A stretch of DNA of 64,000 nt from Alphaproteobacteria bacterium (GCA_020025875.1 JAHHRI010000003.1:1103-65102), one strand, 5' to 3'. Shown: positions 28,325 through 37,762, numbered from the stretch's first letter. Program-made: numbers and translations. Notes: generated by a model from the sequence alone, not told the origin.

Positions 28325-30967
28325 ATGACGACAACGGTCAATCAGATTAGAAGCACTTTTCTCAACTATTTTGCAAAAAACGGACATAAAATTGTCCCGT
28401 CATCTCCGCTTGTGCCCGACAACGATCCTACCCTGATGTTCACCAACTCGGGCATGGTGCAGTTTAAAAATATTCTCGCCGGTAACGAAACCCGCGACTA
28501 TACCCGTGCGGCATCTTCACAAAAAAGTGTCCGCGCCGGCGGCAAGCACAACGATCTGGATAGCGTCGGCTATGACGTTCGCCATCATACTTTTTTTGAA
28601 ATGCTCGGCAACTTTTCTTTCGGAGATTATTTTAAAGAAGGCGCCATCAGCTACGCATGGGAACTTCTGACCAAATATTTCGATTTGCCCGCCGACCGAC
28701 TGGCCGTGACCATCTATCACAATGACGAAGAGGCCTACGGCTTGTGGAAAAAAATATCCGGTTTGCCGGATGATCGGATTATCCGCATTGCCACCAAAGA
28801 CAACTTCTGGCAAATGGGCGATACCGGTCCCTGCGGCCCTTGTTCGGAAATTTTTTATGACCACGGTCCGTCCGTATGGGGCGGACTGCCCGGCACCCCC
28901 GAAGAGGACGGAGATCGTTTTATCGAAATATGGAACTTGGTTTTTGACCAGTTTGAAGACTTGGCGGACGGCAGCCGCATCAACTTAAAAAAGCCGTCCA
29001 TCGATACCGGCATGGGGTTGGAACGGATTGCCGCCATTTTGCAGGGCGTGCATTCCAACTTTGACATCGACCTTTTTCAGAGCCTGATTAAAACCATTGC
29101 CGATATTGCCAATTCCGACCCCAGCGGACCGCTCAAAGCCTCTCACAACGTCATTGCCGACCATCTTCGTTCGGCAGCTTTCCTAATTGCCGACGGTGTG
29201 CTGCCCTCAAACGAAGGGCGCGGTTATGTTTTGCGCCGAATTATGCGACGGGCAATGCGTCATATTCACCTGCTGGGCGTCAGAGAACCGATGATGTACA
29301 AGTTGCTGCCGTCTTTGCAGCAGGAAATGGGCGAAGCCTACCCCGAACTGTACCGCGCGGAAGCCCTGATCACGGAAACGCTGAAAACGGAAGAAAGCAA
29401 ATTTATCCGCACCTTGGAAAAAGGTCTGCGCCTTTTAGACGACGAAACGGCAACTTTGAAAAGCGGCGACATTCTCTCCGGCAAAACAGCATTCAAACTG
29501 TATGACACTTACGGCTTCCCGCTTGATCTTACCCAAGATGCGCTGAAAGCTAAAAATATCGGTGTGGACACCTGTGGCTTTGATCAAGCCATGGAACAAC
29601 AGCGCGCGGAAGCCCGCAAAAATTGGGCAGGCTCCGGCGATGAAGGGATTGAAAAAATTTGGTTTGAAATGTTTGACAAGCTCGGCAAAAGCGAATTTCT
29701 CGGCTATACCGGCTCCAAAGCCGACGGACAAGTCGTTGCGCTGATACAAAACGGACAGCCGGCAGAAAGCGTTAAAGAGGGTGATTTTTATCTTATTGCC
29801 AATCAAACACCTTTTTACGGAGAATCTGGCGGGCAAGTCGGAGATATCGGTCATATCCGCGGTAAAGACTTTGCCGCCGAAGTAACCGACACCAAAAAGA
29901 AAATCGACGGCATGATTGTTCATAGCTGCAAAATGATAAACGGCGCAATATCAATCGGCGATATTGCCTCGTTTGAAGTTGATGAAGAAAACCGCAACAA
30001 AATCCGCGCCAATCACTCGGTAACGCATTTGCTGCACCGTGCCTTGCGCGACATCCTCGGCGATCATGTCACCCAAAAAGGTTCTTATGTCTGCGCCGAC
30101 TATGCCCGCTTCGACATCTCTCACCCCAAACAAATTACCGGGGAAGAACTGCGCAAAGCCGAAAATATCGTCAACGCCGCCGTTCGTCACAACTACAAAA
30201 CAGTTACCCGCATCATGACCCCTGACGAGGCCATCAAACTGGGTGCCATGGCTTTGTTCGGCGAAAAATATGGAGAAACGGTGCGGGTTGTCAGCATGGA
30301 AAACGAAAACGAAGTCTTTTCCCGCGAACTTTGCGGCGGTACTCATGTTCGCTCTACCGGAGATATCGGCTATTTTAACATTATTGCCGAAAGTGCGGTG
30401 GCGGCAGGCGTCCGTCGGATAGAATTCGTTACCGGATACGAGGCTGAAAAATATGCTCAGGGCGTGGAAGATAAGCTACACAACATCAGCCGGATTTTAA
30501 AAACTAATTCCAACGACTTAGAGGCGAGAATAAATCTTTTGCTTGAAGATAAAAAACATCTGGAAAGCGAAATCCTCAATCTGAAAAAACAGTTTGTCAG
30601 CCACAAAACGGCAGACAACCGAAACAAGATAGAGACAATCAACAATATCGGCTTTGTCGCCAAACAAATTGACAATGTTCAAGCCAAAGAGCTGAAAGCT
30701 TTTGTCGACGAAATCAAAGAGCAAATCAAAAGCGGCGTCATTGCCCTGTTCTCTTGCAATGAAGGCAAAGTTTCTGCCGTTATCGGGGTTACCGATGATC
30801 TTATCGGCAAATATTCCGCCGTTGAACTGATCAAGACCGTTGCCCCGTTTATCGGAGCAACCGGCGGCGGCGGACGCAAGGATATGGCACAGACCGGCGG
30901 CGCGGAAACCTCGCGTGTCATTGAAGCCATCAACGCCCTCAGGCAAGCGCTCAACAATACCGATTAG
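28325..30967 (+). CDS. alaS: Alanine--tRNA ligase
   Basis: About 880 aa. Contains FTNSGM.QFK, QKSVRAGGKHNDLD.VG...RHHTFFEMLGNFSFGDYFK, the editing-domain motifs HSVTHLLH and CGGTHV, and a C-terminal DHHA1-like domain. ATG at 28325 is preferred over TTG at 28319. Confidence 0.95.
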   Translation: MTTTVNQIRSTFLNYFAKNGHKIVPSSPLVPDNDPTLMFTNSGMVQFKNILAGNETRDYTRAASSQKSVRAGGKHNDLDSVGYDVRHHTFFEMLGNFSFGDYFKEGAISYAWELLTKYFDLPADRLAVTIYHNDEEAYGLWKKISGLPDDRIIRIATKDNFWQMGDTGPCGPCSEIFYDHGPSVWGGLPGTPEEDGDRFIEIWNLVFDQFEDLADGSRINLKKPSIDTGMGLERIAAILQGVHSNFDIDLFQSLIKTIADIANSDPSGPLKASHNVIADHLRSAAFLIADGVLPSNEGRGYVLRRIMRRAMRHIHLLGVREPMMYKLLPSLQQEMGEAYPELYRAEALITETLKTEESKFIRTLEKGLRLLDDETATLKSGDILSGKTAFKLYDTYGFPLDLTQDALKAKNIGVDTCGFDQAMEQQRAEARKNWAGSGDEGIEKIWFEMFDKLGKSEFLGYTGSKADGQVVALIQNGQPAESVKEGDFYLIANQTPFYGESGGQVGDIGHIRGKDFAAEVTDTKKKIDGMIVHSCKMINGAISIGDIASFEVDEENRNKIRANHSVTHLLHRALRDILGDHVTQKGSYVCADYARFDISHPKQITGEELRKAENIVNAAVRHNYKTVTRIMTPDEAIKLGAMALFGEKYGETVRVVSMENENEVFSRELCGGTHVRSTGDIGYFNIIAESAVAAGVRRIEFVTGYEAEKYAQGVEDKLHNISRILKTNSNDLEARINLLLEDKKHLESEILNLKKQFVSHKTADNRNKIETINNIGFVAKQIDNVQAKELKAFVDEIKEQIKSGVIALFSCNEGKVSAVIGVTDDLIGKYSAVELIKTVAPFIGATGGGGRKDMAQTGGAETSRVIEAINALRQALNNTD

Positions 30968-30981
30968 CAAGGGAAAAGAGT

Positions 30982-31710
30982 ATGTTTAAGCCACTGAAAA
31001 TATCGGTTAAATTCAAAAAAATTTCCCTGCGAAACCGTTATCGGCAAGCGGCTGATTATCATTTTCGTGACTATCTGCATACCTTTTCCCGCCAACTGAA
31101 AATTGACATCAACAAATCTTTCCGCCGCGAACTTTATCGCAAGTTGATACATTTGAGTTCTCTTTGGATTCCGTTGATGATATATTTTGTTCGGGAAGAA
31201 ATAACCATTGCCTTCTTCAGTACCATTTTTATCGGCAATGGGTTGCTTGAATATGGCAACTTCAAAAAATGGAAATGGGCGCGCCTTCTTTTTGGGCGTC
31301 TGTTCTCACGCACTCTGCGCAGCAAGGAAACGGCACACACGCATTTTCGTTTCAGCGGATCGATGTATGTTCTTGCCGCCGCTATTCTCTGCACCATTTT
31401 TTTTAGTAAGATTATTGCCGTTATTTCAATGACGGTGATGTTGATATCCGATGCCTGTTCGGCTCTGTTCGGAAAGGCTTACGGCACCCGTCAGATTTAC
31501 CCGCACAAGTCGCTGGAGGGAACAACGGCTTTTTTCATCAGTGCGCTTCTCATCTGCATGATGTTTCACCCTTGGCAACCTTTTGGTTATGTTACGGTTA
31601 TTGCCTGTATTTTTGCCACATTAGCGGAAGTGTACGAAGACAAGACCAAAATTGACGACAATTTGGCAATTCCGCTGACAATCGGGCTGATTCTGACATT
31701 TCTTAATTAA
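30982..31710 (+). CDS. CTP-dependent polyprenol/diacylglycerol kinase-like membrane protein (dolichol/phytol kinase family)
   Basis: 242 aa with multiple TM helices. RKLIHL near the first TM helix and SDA.SALFGKAYG......KSLEGT.AFF near the C-terminus are typical of the CDS/SEC59/VTE5 superfamily. The exact start is uncertain. Confidence 0.5.
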   Translation: MFKPLKISVKFKKISLRNRYRQAADYHFRDYLHTFSRQLKIDINKSFRRELYRKLIHLSSLWIPLMIYFVREEITIAFFSTIFIGNGLLEYGNFKKWKWARLLFGRLFSRTLRSKETAHTHFRFSGSMYVLAAAILCTIFFSKIIAVISMTVMLISDACSALFGKAYGTRQIYPHKSLEGTTAFFISALLICMMFHPWQPFGYVTVIACIFATLAEVYEDKTKIDDNLAIPLTIGLILTFLN

Positions 31711-31711
31711 A

Positions 31712-31750
31712 AAAGCGGCAATCTGCAAAAAGAGAAAGCCGCTTTATTTG
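31712..31750 (+). terminator. Intrinsic terminator after the kinase-like gene
   Basis: AAAGCGGC-(18-nt loop)-GCCGCTTT followed by ATTTG. The long loop makes it moderate quality. Confidence 0.5.
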
Positions 31751-31756
31751 CGCCGG

Positions 31757-31893
31757 CAATAAAGAAATATTGCCTAAGCAAGGCGGCCTGTTGTTTTCCG
31801 CAAAACCCGAAAGCAAATCCGGCTCGGAAAACCAAGCGAAAATATGCGCCGTTTTTTAACACCGACAATAAAGAAACATTGCCTAAGCAAGGC
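31757..31893. repeat. Two copies of a 28-bp direct repeat, CAATAAAGAAA(T/C)ATTGCCTAAGCAAGGC, 109 bp apart
   Basis: Copies at 31757-31784 and 31866-31893 differ at one position. Each contains a small hairpin (GCCT-AAGCA-AGGC). They lie in a ~400-bp non-coding gap between convergent genes. Confidence 0.8.
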
Positions 31894-32113
31894 AGCGTCT
31901 GCCCCAACCTTCTCCTGCTTTGCAAACACCGCTGTATGTCAACATCAATCTTTTGTATGTTTTTTCAGAAACAACAACCTCCTAATACCCGTCGTTTAAA
32001 AGCACATACACCATTGCGCCGCACGAGCCAGACAGCTCTTGCTTTGCAGAATATCGTGAGCTTGTTGCCAAGCAGTCGGTTGTTTATTAGGCGTTAGCGG
32101 GCAAGCCTGATGC

Positions 32114-32518
32114 CTAATCTTTTTTAAGCTTCATATATTCCGGAGAAAAACCATGAGGATGGCGCGCTTTCAGCTTTTTTACATTGTGGCGAATAACCTC
32201 CTCAAGATTAACATTCAGCGCGATGGCTGCCTGCGTGGCATACCAACAAACATCACTGAGTTCATCAATCAGCTTTTGTTTGTTTTCTTCGCTCAGTTCC
32301 TTATTGTGAAATTTCAGTTTTTTCCAGAGATCGGCAATTTCTCCGCTTTCGCCGTTCAAACCAGCCACGGCATTATCCATACGCGCAAAGTTGCCGCCCA
32401 GCCAAACGGACATATCATTTGCCCGCTGCTCAAAAAGCGTGTCATCGCGACCGTTTTGAGATGTCACGCTATCGACAAATTGTGCATATCCATCAAAAAA
32501 TTCTTTTATATCACTCAT
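32114..32518 (-). CDS. MazG-like nucleoside triphosphate pyrophosphohydrolase
   Basis: 134 aa from MSDIKEF (ATG at 32518), with an AAGGAGGT RBS between it and the thyA stop. The motif pattern is LNGESGEIADLWKK ... ELSDVCWY ... NV.KLK.RHP. The track ORF extension to 32764 overlaps thyA and is rejected. Confidence 0.75.
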   Translation of the reverse strand: MSDIKEFFDGYAQFVDSVTSQNGRDDTLFEQRANDMSVWLGGNFARMDNAVAGLNGESGEIADLWKKLKFHNKELSEENKQKLIDELSDVCWYATQAAIALNVNLEEVIRHNVKKLKARHPHGFSPEYMKLKKD

Positions 32519-32531
32519 ATAAACCTCCTTA

Positions 32532-33317
32532 TTAAACTGCCACTTTAGCTTTAATCGCCTCATGACACCGATAATCCACCAGCTCAAAATCCTCATATTT
32601 AAATTGGTTGATATCTTTAACGGACGGATTGATTTTGACTCTGGGCAATGCCAGCGGCTTGCGTAACAACTGCTGTTTGACTTGCTCAAAGTGATTGTGG
32701 TAGATATGCGTATCTGCCAAGGTGTGCACAAATTCGCCGGGTTCCAGCCCGACAACTTGCGCAACCATCATGGTTAGCAGCGCATAAGAGGCAATGTTAA
32801 ACGGCACGCCGAGAAACATATCGCAGCTACGCTGGTAGAGCATACAGGAAAGCCGATTGCCCGCGGTATAAAACTGAAACATCATATGACAGGGAGGCAG
32901 CTTCATATCGCTGATTTTTCCGACATTCCATGCCGAAACGATCATCCGCCGATCATTGGGATTGTGCTTTAATTTATCAATCACTTCCGCAAGTTGATCT
33001 ATTCCTTCATTGTTCCAGTTGCGCCACTGAGAACCGTAAACCGGTCCGAGGTTGCCGTTTTCGTCTGCCCATTCGTTCCAAATGCGCACACCGTGTTCCT
33101 GCAAATATTGGATATTGGTATCGCCTTTAATAAACCACAAAAGTTCATAAACAATGCTTTTCCAGTGCATTTTTTTGGTTGTCATCAGCGGAAAGCCTTT
33201 TGCCAAATCAAACCGCAACTGCCTGCCAAACACCGATCTCGTGCCAACTCCCGTTCGATCTTCCTTATCAACGCCATTTTCCAAAATATCTTTCAGCAAA
33301 TCCAAATATTGTTGCAT
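32532..33317 (-). CDS. thyA: Thymidylate synthase (ThyA type)
   Basis: 261 aa: [11 protein letters not shown]....DRTG.GT.S.FG.Q.RFDL..GFPL.TTKK, the catalytic PPCH..FQFY, and [16 protein letters not shown]. Confidence 0.96.
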   Translation of the reverse strand: MQQYLDLLKDILENGVDKEDRTGVGTRSVFGRQLRFDLAKGFPLMTTKKMHWKSIVYELLWFIKGDTNIQYLQEHGVRIWNEWADENGNLGPVYGSQWRNWNNEGIDQLAEVIDKLKHNPNDRRMIVSAWNVGKISDMKLPPCHMMFQFYTAGNRLSCMLYQRSCDMFLGVPFNIASYALLTMMVAQVVGLEPGEFVHTLADTHIYHNHFEQVKQQLLRKPLALPRVKINPSVKDINQFKYEDFELVDYRCHEAIKAKVAV

Positions 33318-33892
33318 CAGTTTGTCTCCTCCTCAATTGCCGTGATAATCTTTTTTAACACATTTTGATCAACAAACTCACCGCGACGAAGCCAAACGCG
33401 TGTCGTAACATTGTCCAATTCATAATCTGTCGAGATCTGCCGATAATTTTTATTTAGAATTTCAATACAAGGGGTTATCGTCACCGGTTCACCTTCAAGT
33501 TCGGCTTTTAGCTCGCCGTTGTAAACACAATCGACAACAATTTCTGGCATCAATTTGCCGCCCCCGTTCATAAACAACCAATAAACCGTGGCGCCGCCGG
33601 CAATATATAAATCTTGTTCAAAATCCTTAAAAAACTTAACATCGTTAATAACCAAATGGTTTTCCCGATCTGCCACCTCATACTCTTCTTCCTGTGACAA
33701 AACAAAAATTTTGCGTTCAGGCAGCGTCCTTCCGGGAAAGCTCTCATAAGTTTTTTGCCCGACAACTAATGTTTGCCCTGTTGTTATGCGGCGAAAACGT
33801 TGAAAATCGGATTTGATATGCCATGGAATATGCGGCCCGATTCCAATAATATTGTCATTGACATGACGGCACCAGATGGCAACTTTTGTCAT
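33317..33892 (-). CDS. folA: Dihydrofolate reductase (longer than usual, 191 aa)
   Basis: N-terminal [38 protein letters not shown] matches the DHFR signature. The stop overlaps the thyA ATG by 1 nt. Confidence 0.75.
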   Translation of the reverse strand: MTKVAIWCRHVNDNIIGIGPHIPWHIKSDFQRFRRITTGQTLVVGQKTYESFPGRTLPERKIFVLSQEEEYEVADRENHLVINDVKFFKDFEQDLYIAGGATVYWLFMNGGGKLMPEIVVDCVYNGELKAELEGEPVTITPCIEILNKNYRQISTDYELDNVTTRVWLRRGEFVDQNVLKKIITAIEEETN

Positions 33893-33998
33893 TTTTATTT
33901 TTCCTGTTCCGTTATTTACAGCATTGTTATCTTATCACTTGTCTGCCGCTTGACAAGCCGGTTCATGAACTTATCACATAAATTTTGCGTTAAAGCTC

Positions 33999-34027
33999 TT
34001 GCAAAATGAGTCAATATCACTTAGAAT
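33999..34027 (+). promoter_or_regulatory. Sigma-70-type promoter for ssrA
   Basis: TTGCAA (33999-34004), a 17-nt spacer, then TAGAAT (34022-34027). Confidence 0.55.
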
Positions 34028-34033
34028 AGAAAA

Positions 34034-34347
34034 CGTTGAGCAATCAACTGTGACACCAGAGACTGTGTGAAATAGATATTCTGGACCCGGGGGCAGTACC
34101 CGGCGCCTCCACCAAAAAAAATTTAAGGGGGCGAAACAGGATCGACAGGGTATAGTAAAGGCATTTTGTCGTGTTCGGTGAGATACCACCGTTATCGGTT
34201 CAAAATAAAATGAATGCTAACGATAATGAATTAGCACCTGTTGCTTTGGCTGCTTAATTTAGCGGTCGCAACAAACGCAAATCCTCATAACTATGGTTAG
34301 TCGTGAGTGGGGAATGAGCCACCCAGCAACAGAACGGCTCGTTTTTT
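34034..34347 (+). ncRNA. ssrA: tmRNA, circularly permuted two-piece type (acceptor piece, short spacer, coding piece)
   Basis: The acceptor piece ends ...CCGGG-GGCAGTA-CCCGG-CGCCTCC-A-CCA at 34114. The coding piece starts GGGGGCGAAACAGGATCGACAGGG at 34127. GGGGGCG pairs with CGCCTCC, including a G3:U70 pair. The tag ORF GCT AAC GAT AAT GAA TTA GCA CCT GTT GCT TTG GCT GCT TAA (34216-34257) encodes ANDNELAPVALAA. A terminator hairpin with T-run lies at about 34316-34347. The 5' boundary is approximate. Confidence 0.9.
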
Positions 34348-34374
34348 GAGTTTAAATGACGGGAACGGCATAAA

Positions 34375-34830
34375 ATGGAAAAATATTTAAGCGAAATCAA
34401 TTATGACCTGTTGGTGGAACACGCCTTAAAACATGTTGTGATTGAAGCCTTGAAAATTGCCGAAAAACAGGGCCTGCCGGGGGAGCATCACTTTTATATT
34501 GCTTTCCGCACCGATCATCCCGATGTCAAAATAGATGATCTGATTCGCAGCCGCTACCCCAAAGAAATGACCATCGTGCTGCAAAATCAATTTTCCGATC
34601 TGGAAGTAAGCAACAGCGGCTTTGCCGTCACCTTAAAATTCAGCCGAGTTCCCTACCGAATAGAAGTTCCGTTTGCCGCCATCAGCTACTTTGGCGATCC
34701 CAGCGTGCGTTTTGGTATCAGCTTCGGCAGCGAAATAGACAGTAACACGCCGCAAGAAGAAGCCAAACCGGCTCCCAAAAATGCCGACGTGGTATCCATT
34801 GATGCCTTTCGGAAAAAAGGCAATGCTTAA
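34375..34830 (+). CDS. sspB: ClpXP adaptor SspB, alphaproteobacterial type
   Basis: 151 aa. The string GLPGEHHFYIAFRTDHPDV.I.D.L...YP.EMTIVLQ.QF.DLEV....F.V.L.F.....R...PF.A...F.DPSV.FG closely parallels Caulobacter SspB-alpha as I remember it. Confidence 0.8.
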   Translation: MEKYLSEINYDLLVEHALKHVVIEALKIAEKQGLPGEHHFYIAFRTDHPDVKIDDLIRSRYPKEMTIVLQNQFSDLEVSNSGFAVTLKFSRVPYRIEVPFAAISYFGDPSVRFGISFGSEIDSNTPQEEAKPAPKNADVVSIDAFRKKGNA

Positions 34831-35041
34831 AAAATCCGTCATTATCGCCGGTCGTCACAATACCAGCATTTCCATAGAACAGGAGTTTTATGACGAACTG
34901 TTGAATGTGTGCCGTGAGCGGAATCTTTCGCTTAATGCGCTCATTACCGAAATAGATTCTGCCCGCAGCGACAAAAACAACCTCTCTGCAGCCGTCCGCA
35001 TCTATATCCTGCAATATATCAAGAGTAAGTTATCGGCATAA
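34823..35041 (+). CDS. Ribbon-helix-helix domain protein (RHH_4-like)
   Basis: 72 aa from MLKKSVIIAGRHNTSISIEQEFYDEL...RNLSLNALITEID. The ATG at 34823 overlaps the sspB stop (34828-30). Confidence 0.55.
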   Translation: MLKKSVIIAGRHNTSISIEQEFYDELLNVCRERNLSLNALITEIDSARSDKNNLSAAVRIYILQYIKSKLSA

Positions 35042-35370
35042 ATCAATGCCATCATCTGATCAATATTTTAAATATCCGTACCGCCGACGACACCGATATG
35101 CAAGGCTCGACAATCGGCGACAAATTCTTGTTGTGCTGGATATAGTGCGCCACCAAAAGCGAACATGATGTTGTTATTTTTTGTTGTCACACAAGCGTTT
35201 TTTTACAACAAACAAGGCGCATATCCAGTATTTCGAACAACGGTATTGCAAAGCGCAGATTCGCACCCTGCCCCTATCCCTTTCCGATACCGCCGCCTTG
35301 CCGTCAACAATGGACAATCGTAACATTTTGCCCTGCAAAAACGAAGGAGCTGCAAGGTATAAGCATCAAA

Positions 35371-35397
35371 AAAACTCCGAAAAATCGGAGTTTTTTT
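35371..35397. terminator. Bidirectional intrinsic terminator
   Basis: AAAAAAA-CTCCGA-AAAA-TCGGAG-TTTTTTT. It lies about 60 nt 3' of the minus-strand hydrolase gene. Confidence 0.8.
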
Positions 35398-35453
35398 GAT
35401 AAGGCATTCCGCTTCATTTAAAAACGTTCATCATATACATACGGAATACTCTT

Positions 35454-36215
35454 TTATTCTTCCGCATCATCGTCAACTTCGTTTTCCTCCTCTGCCGTCA
35501 TCAAGGGCAATTCCCCTTCTTCTTCCGGCAACTCGGTTTTGCGTCGGCGTCCGCGGCGTTTTTTCTGCGGTTTTTTCCGCTGCACCGCCCCAATGACATA
35601 GTTGCCGACAATTTTGTACAAGTCGGTCAAATGACCGTTATACATATGATCGCCGTCTTCAATCATGGCAAAATCGACCTCAACGCTGTGTTGTCCGTTC
35701 AGTCTTTTTGCCAAAGTTGCAACCATGGCAGGCGTAACAATTTCATCTTGCCCGCCTTGCACGATCAAACCGGAAGTGGGGCATGGAGCCAAAAAGGAAA
35801 AATCTTTTTCGTTTGCCGGCGGGGAAACGGCAATAAAATTGTTGATGTCGGGACGACGCATTAACAGCTGCAACCCAACCCATGCCCCGAAAGAATAGCC
35901 GGCAATCCAGCACTGGCGCGCCTCCGGATTGACCGACTGCAACCAATCAAGCGCCACCGTGGCGTCGGAAAGTTCGCCCGGACCGTCCTCGAACTGTCCC
36001 TGAGAGCGACCCACTCCGCGAAAATTGAATCGCAAAACCGAAAACCCCAAATCCTTAAAACAACTAAACAAAGCATACACAACCTTGTTGCTCATTGTTC
36101 CGCCGTACTGAGGATGGGGATGCAAAATCAAAGCGATCGGCGCTCCCGGTCGGCTGCTCTGATGATAGCGGCCTTCTATTCTGCCGGCATGGCCGTTAAA
36201 CAATACTTCTGTCAT
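35454..36215 (-). CDS. Alpha/beta hydrolase with a highly charged C-terminal tail
   Basis: 253 aa. Nucleophile elbow GYSFGAW, with HPHPQYGGTM earlier and a D...H later. The tail is QRKKPQKKRRGRRRK followed by an E/D-rich stretch. Confidence 0.75.
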   Translation of the reverse strand: MTEVLFNGHAGRIEGRYHQSSRPGAPIALILHPHPQYGGTMSNKVVYALFSCFKDLGFSVLRFNFRGVGRSQGQFEDGPGELSDATVALDWLQSVNPEARQCWIAGYSFGAWVGLQLLMRRPDINNFIAVSPPANEKDFSFLAPCPTSGLIVQGGQDEIVTPAMVATLAKRLNGQHSVEVDFAMIEDGDHMYNGHLTDLYKIVGNYVIGAVQRKKPQKKRRGRRRKTELPEEEGELPLMTAEEENEVDDDAEE

Positions 36216-36451
36216 CTGGCAATCTCTTTTTTAAGCTTGAATTTATTTTCGTTTATTATACACTATTTTAAAATGTTGTATAAATCGTTAATTTAAGGGA
36301 ATATATCACAATCATACCGAGAAATACAAGCAGATTTTTAATATTTGGAACAATTTGCAGCCAAATTTGATAAGTTGTAACCGAAATGTAACTATTATTT
36401 TTGATAAACTTATGCTACTATGAAGCATAGTGGAACATTGTGGAGGCGAGA

Positions 36452-37054
36452 ATGAAAAAACTGTTCAGCACACTGGCGCTTGCCGCGACTTTGGCTACCG
36501 CCGAAGGCGCATTGGCTCAGCTGCCTGCCAACCCATGGGATATCAGCCCCAATGACGGAACTTTTGATAACGTCGACTATGCATCTTCAACCCGAGATGC
36601 CGTCACTCAGGCTCCGATGTACGGAAACGGTCCGACAGACGGAGAAGTTTTGCCGGTTGATCCATGGGCCAAAGCCCGCGACAAAAGCGGAGTGGAAACA
36701 TGGCGCGGATCCGGACAGCACGGTCGCCTGAATTATGTCGGAGAAGCCACCACTTTCGGCGATGCCCAAGGACAGGAAATGATTGCGCCCGAAGTAAACC
36801 GCCACAATATGTTGGTTGGTCTGGAACATTTAAGAAAACTCGGTTACAAAATTCCGGAAAGCTATGACGAAAAGATCAAAAACCTGCCTAACGCCTACCG
36901 TCGTATTTTGCGCGAAAACTACACCAAAGTTCAGTCGGCGGACGATCCGTTCGGCAAAAGCTTTGTTCACATTATGGACGGCATAGAAGAAGGCACCGGT
37001 CTGGATATGGAAAATATCTTGTTCAATTCGCTTGACATCTTAGCGACAGACTAG
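36452..37054 (+). CDS. Hypothetical secreted protein
   Basis: 200 aa from MKKLFSTLALAATLATAEGALAQ (signal peptide), with GGAGG upstream. I recognise no family. Confidence 0.55.
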   Translation: MKKLFSTLALAATLATAEGALAQLPANPWDISPNDGTFDNVDYASSTRDAVTQAPMYGNGPTDGEVLPVDPWAKARDKSGVETWRGSGQHGRLNYVGEATTFGDAQGQEMIAPEVNRHNMLVGLEHLRKLGYKIPESYDEKIKNLPNAYRRILRENYTKVQSADDPFGKSFVHIMDGIEEGTGLDMENILFNSLDILATD

Positions 37055-37067
37055 AAAGGCTCTCGCC

Positions 37068-37418
37068 ATGAAGCATATCTTGTTAATCATTGTCGCGGTT
37101 TGTTTCGGCAGCGTTTCCGCCAAGGCGCAGTATGGGGAAACTCCTTCGCCTCAGGCAGCCGCACAGACGACAATCGACAAAGTTTTGACGGAAGACGTTG
37201 TAGAAGCCGCGCGCCCGCTTAACAAAAAAATAGACTATATTGCCACAACCTACGATAGCGGCGATTTGCGCGCCCTGATTAAAAACTACGAAAAAACCAA
37301 TAAAAAAATAGCGGCAAGACAGGGCAAGGCTTATATTCCTTATGACCGCAAAATCAATGTCAACGATCCGCAAAAAGTGAAACGCTATTTTCACAAGCGG
37401 GTTGATATTATTTTCTAA
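37068..37418 (+). CDS. Hypothetical small secreted protein
   Basis: 116 aa with signal peptide MKHILLIIVAVCFGSVSAKA. It starts 13 nt after the previous gene. I consider the antisense ORF 37083..37601 a shadow. Confidence 0.5.
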   Translation: MKHILLIIVAVCFGSVSAKAQYGETPSPQAAAQTTIDKVLTEDVVEAARPLNKKIDYIATTYDSGDLRALIKNYEKTNKKIAARQGKAYIPYDRKINVNDPQKVKRYFHKRVDIIF

Positions 37419-37762
37419 AAAATACTTTTGTTTGAATATTCTCTGGGCAACCCGAAAACTGCCGATTGCCTTTGATGTTTGCCTTAGCGCATATGTGCCA
37501 AATTTGGGCAAAAAATCGTTGCCGTGGTTACAAACGGCAGCTGAGGTTTGAAAAAAACGGTATGTTTTATCCGTGGCATCAACCGCTTTTTTGACCACCA
37601 AACTTTTTTCTCCCGAAAAATTTCCCCCTGCGCAAATCGCCGTAAGGGGATTTTTTTCGTCTTGAGGACTGCCGTTTTTTTAACGAATTCTCTTGCAATT
37701 TTTTTTAATCATAATATATACATACCTACAGGAATGTATATCAATTATAAAAAAGAAAAAAG

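Noticed and set aside
32519-32764. N-terminal extension of the MazG-like ORF (track ORF 32114..32764)
   Set aside because: The extension overlaps the 3' part of thyA in another frame. A strong RBS plus ATG at 32518 gives a normal-sized MazG-like protein.
33974-34189. 71-aa minus-strand ORF
   Set aside because: It lies antisense to the tmRNA gene and its promoter. The tmRNA assignment explains the sequence far better.
37083-37601. 172-aa minus-strand ORF
   Set aside because: It is antisense to the signal-peptide-bearing 116-aa ORF, which is tandem with the upstream secreted-protein gene. It has no RBS and an odd composition.
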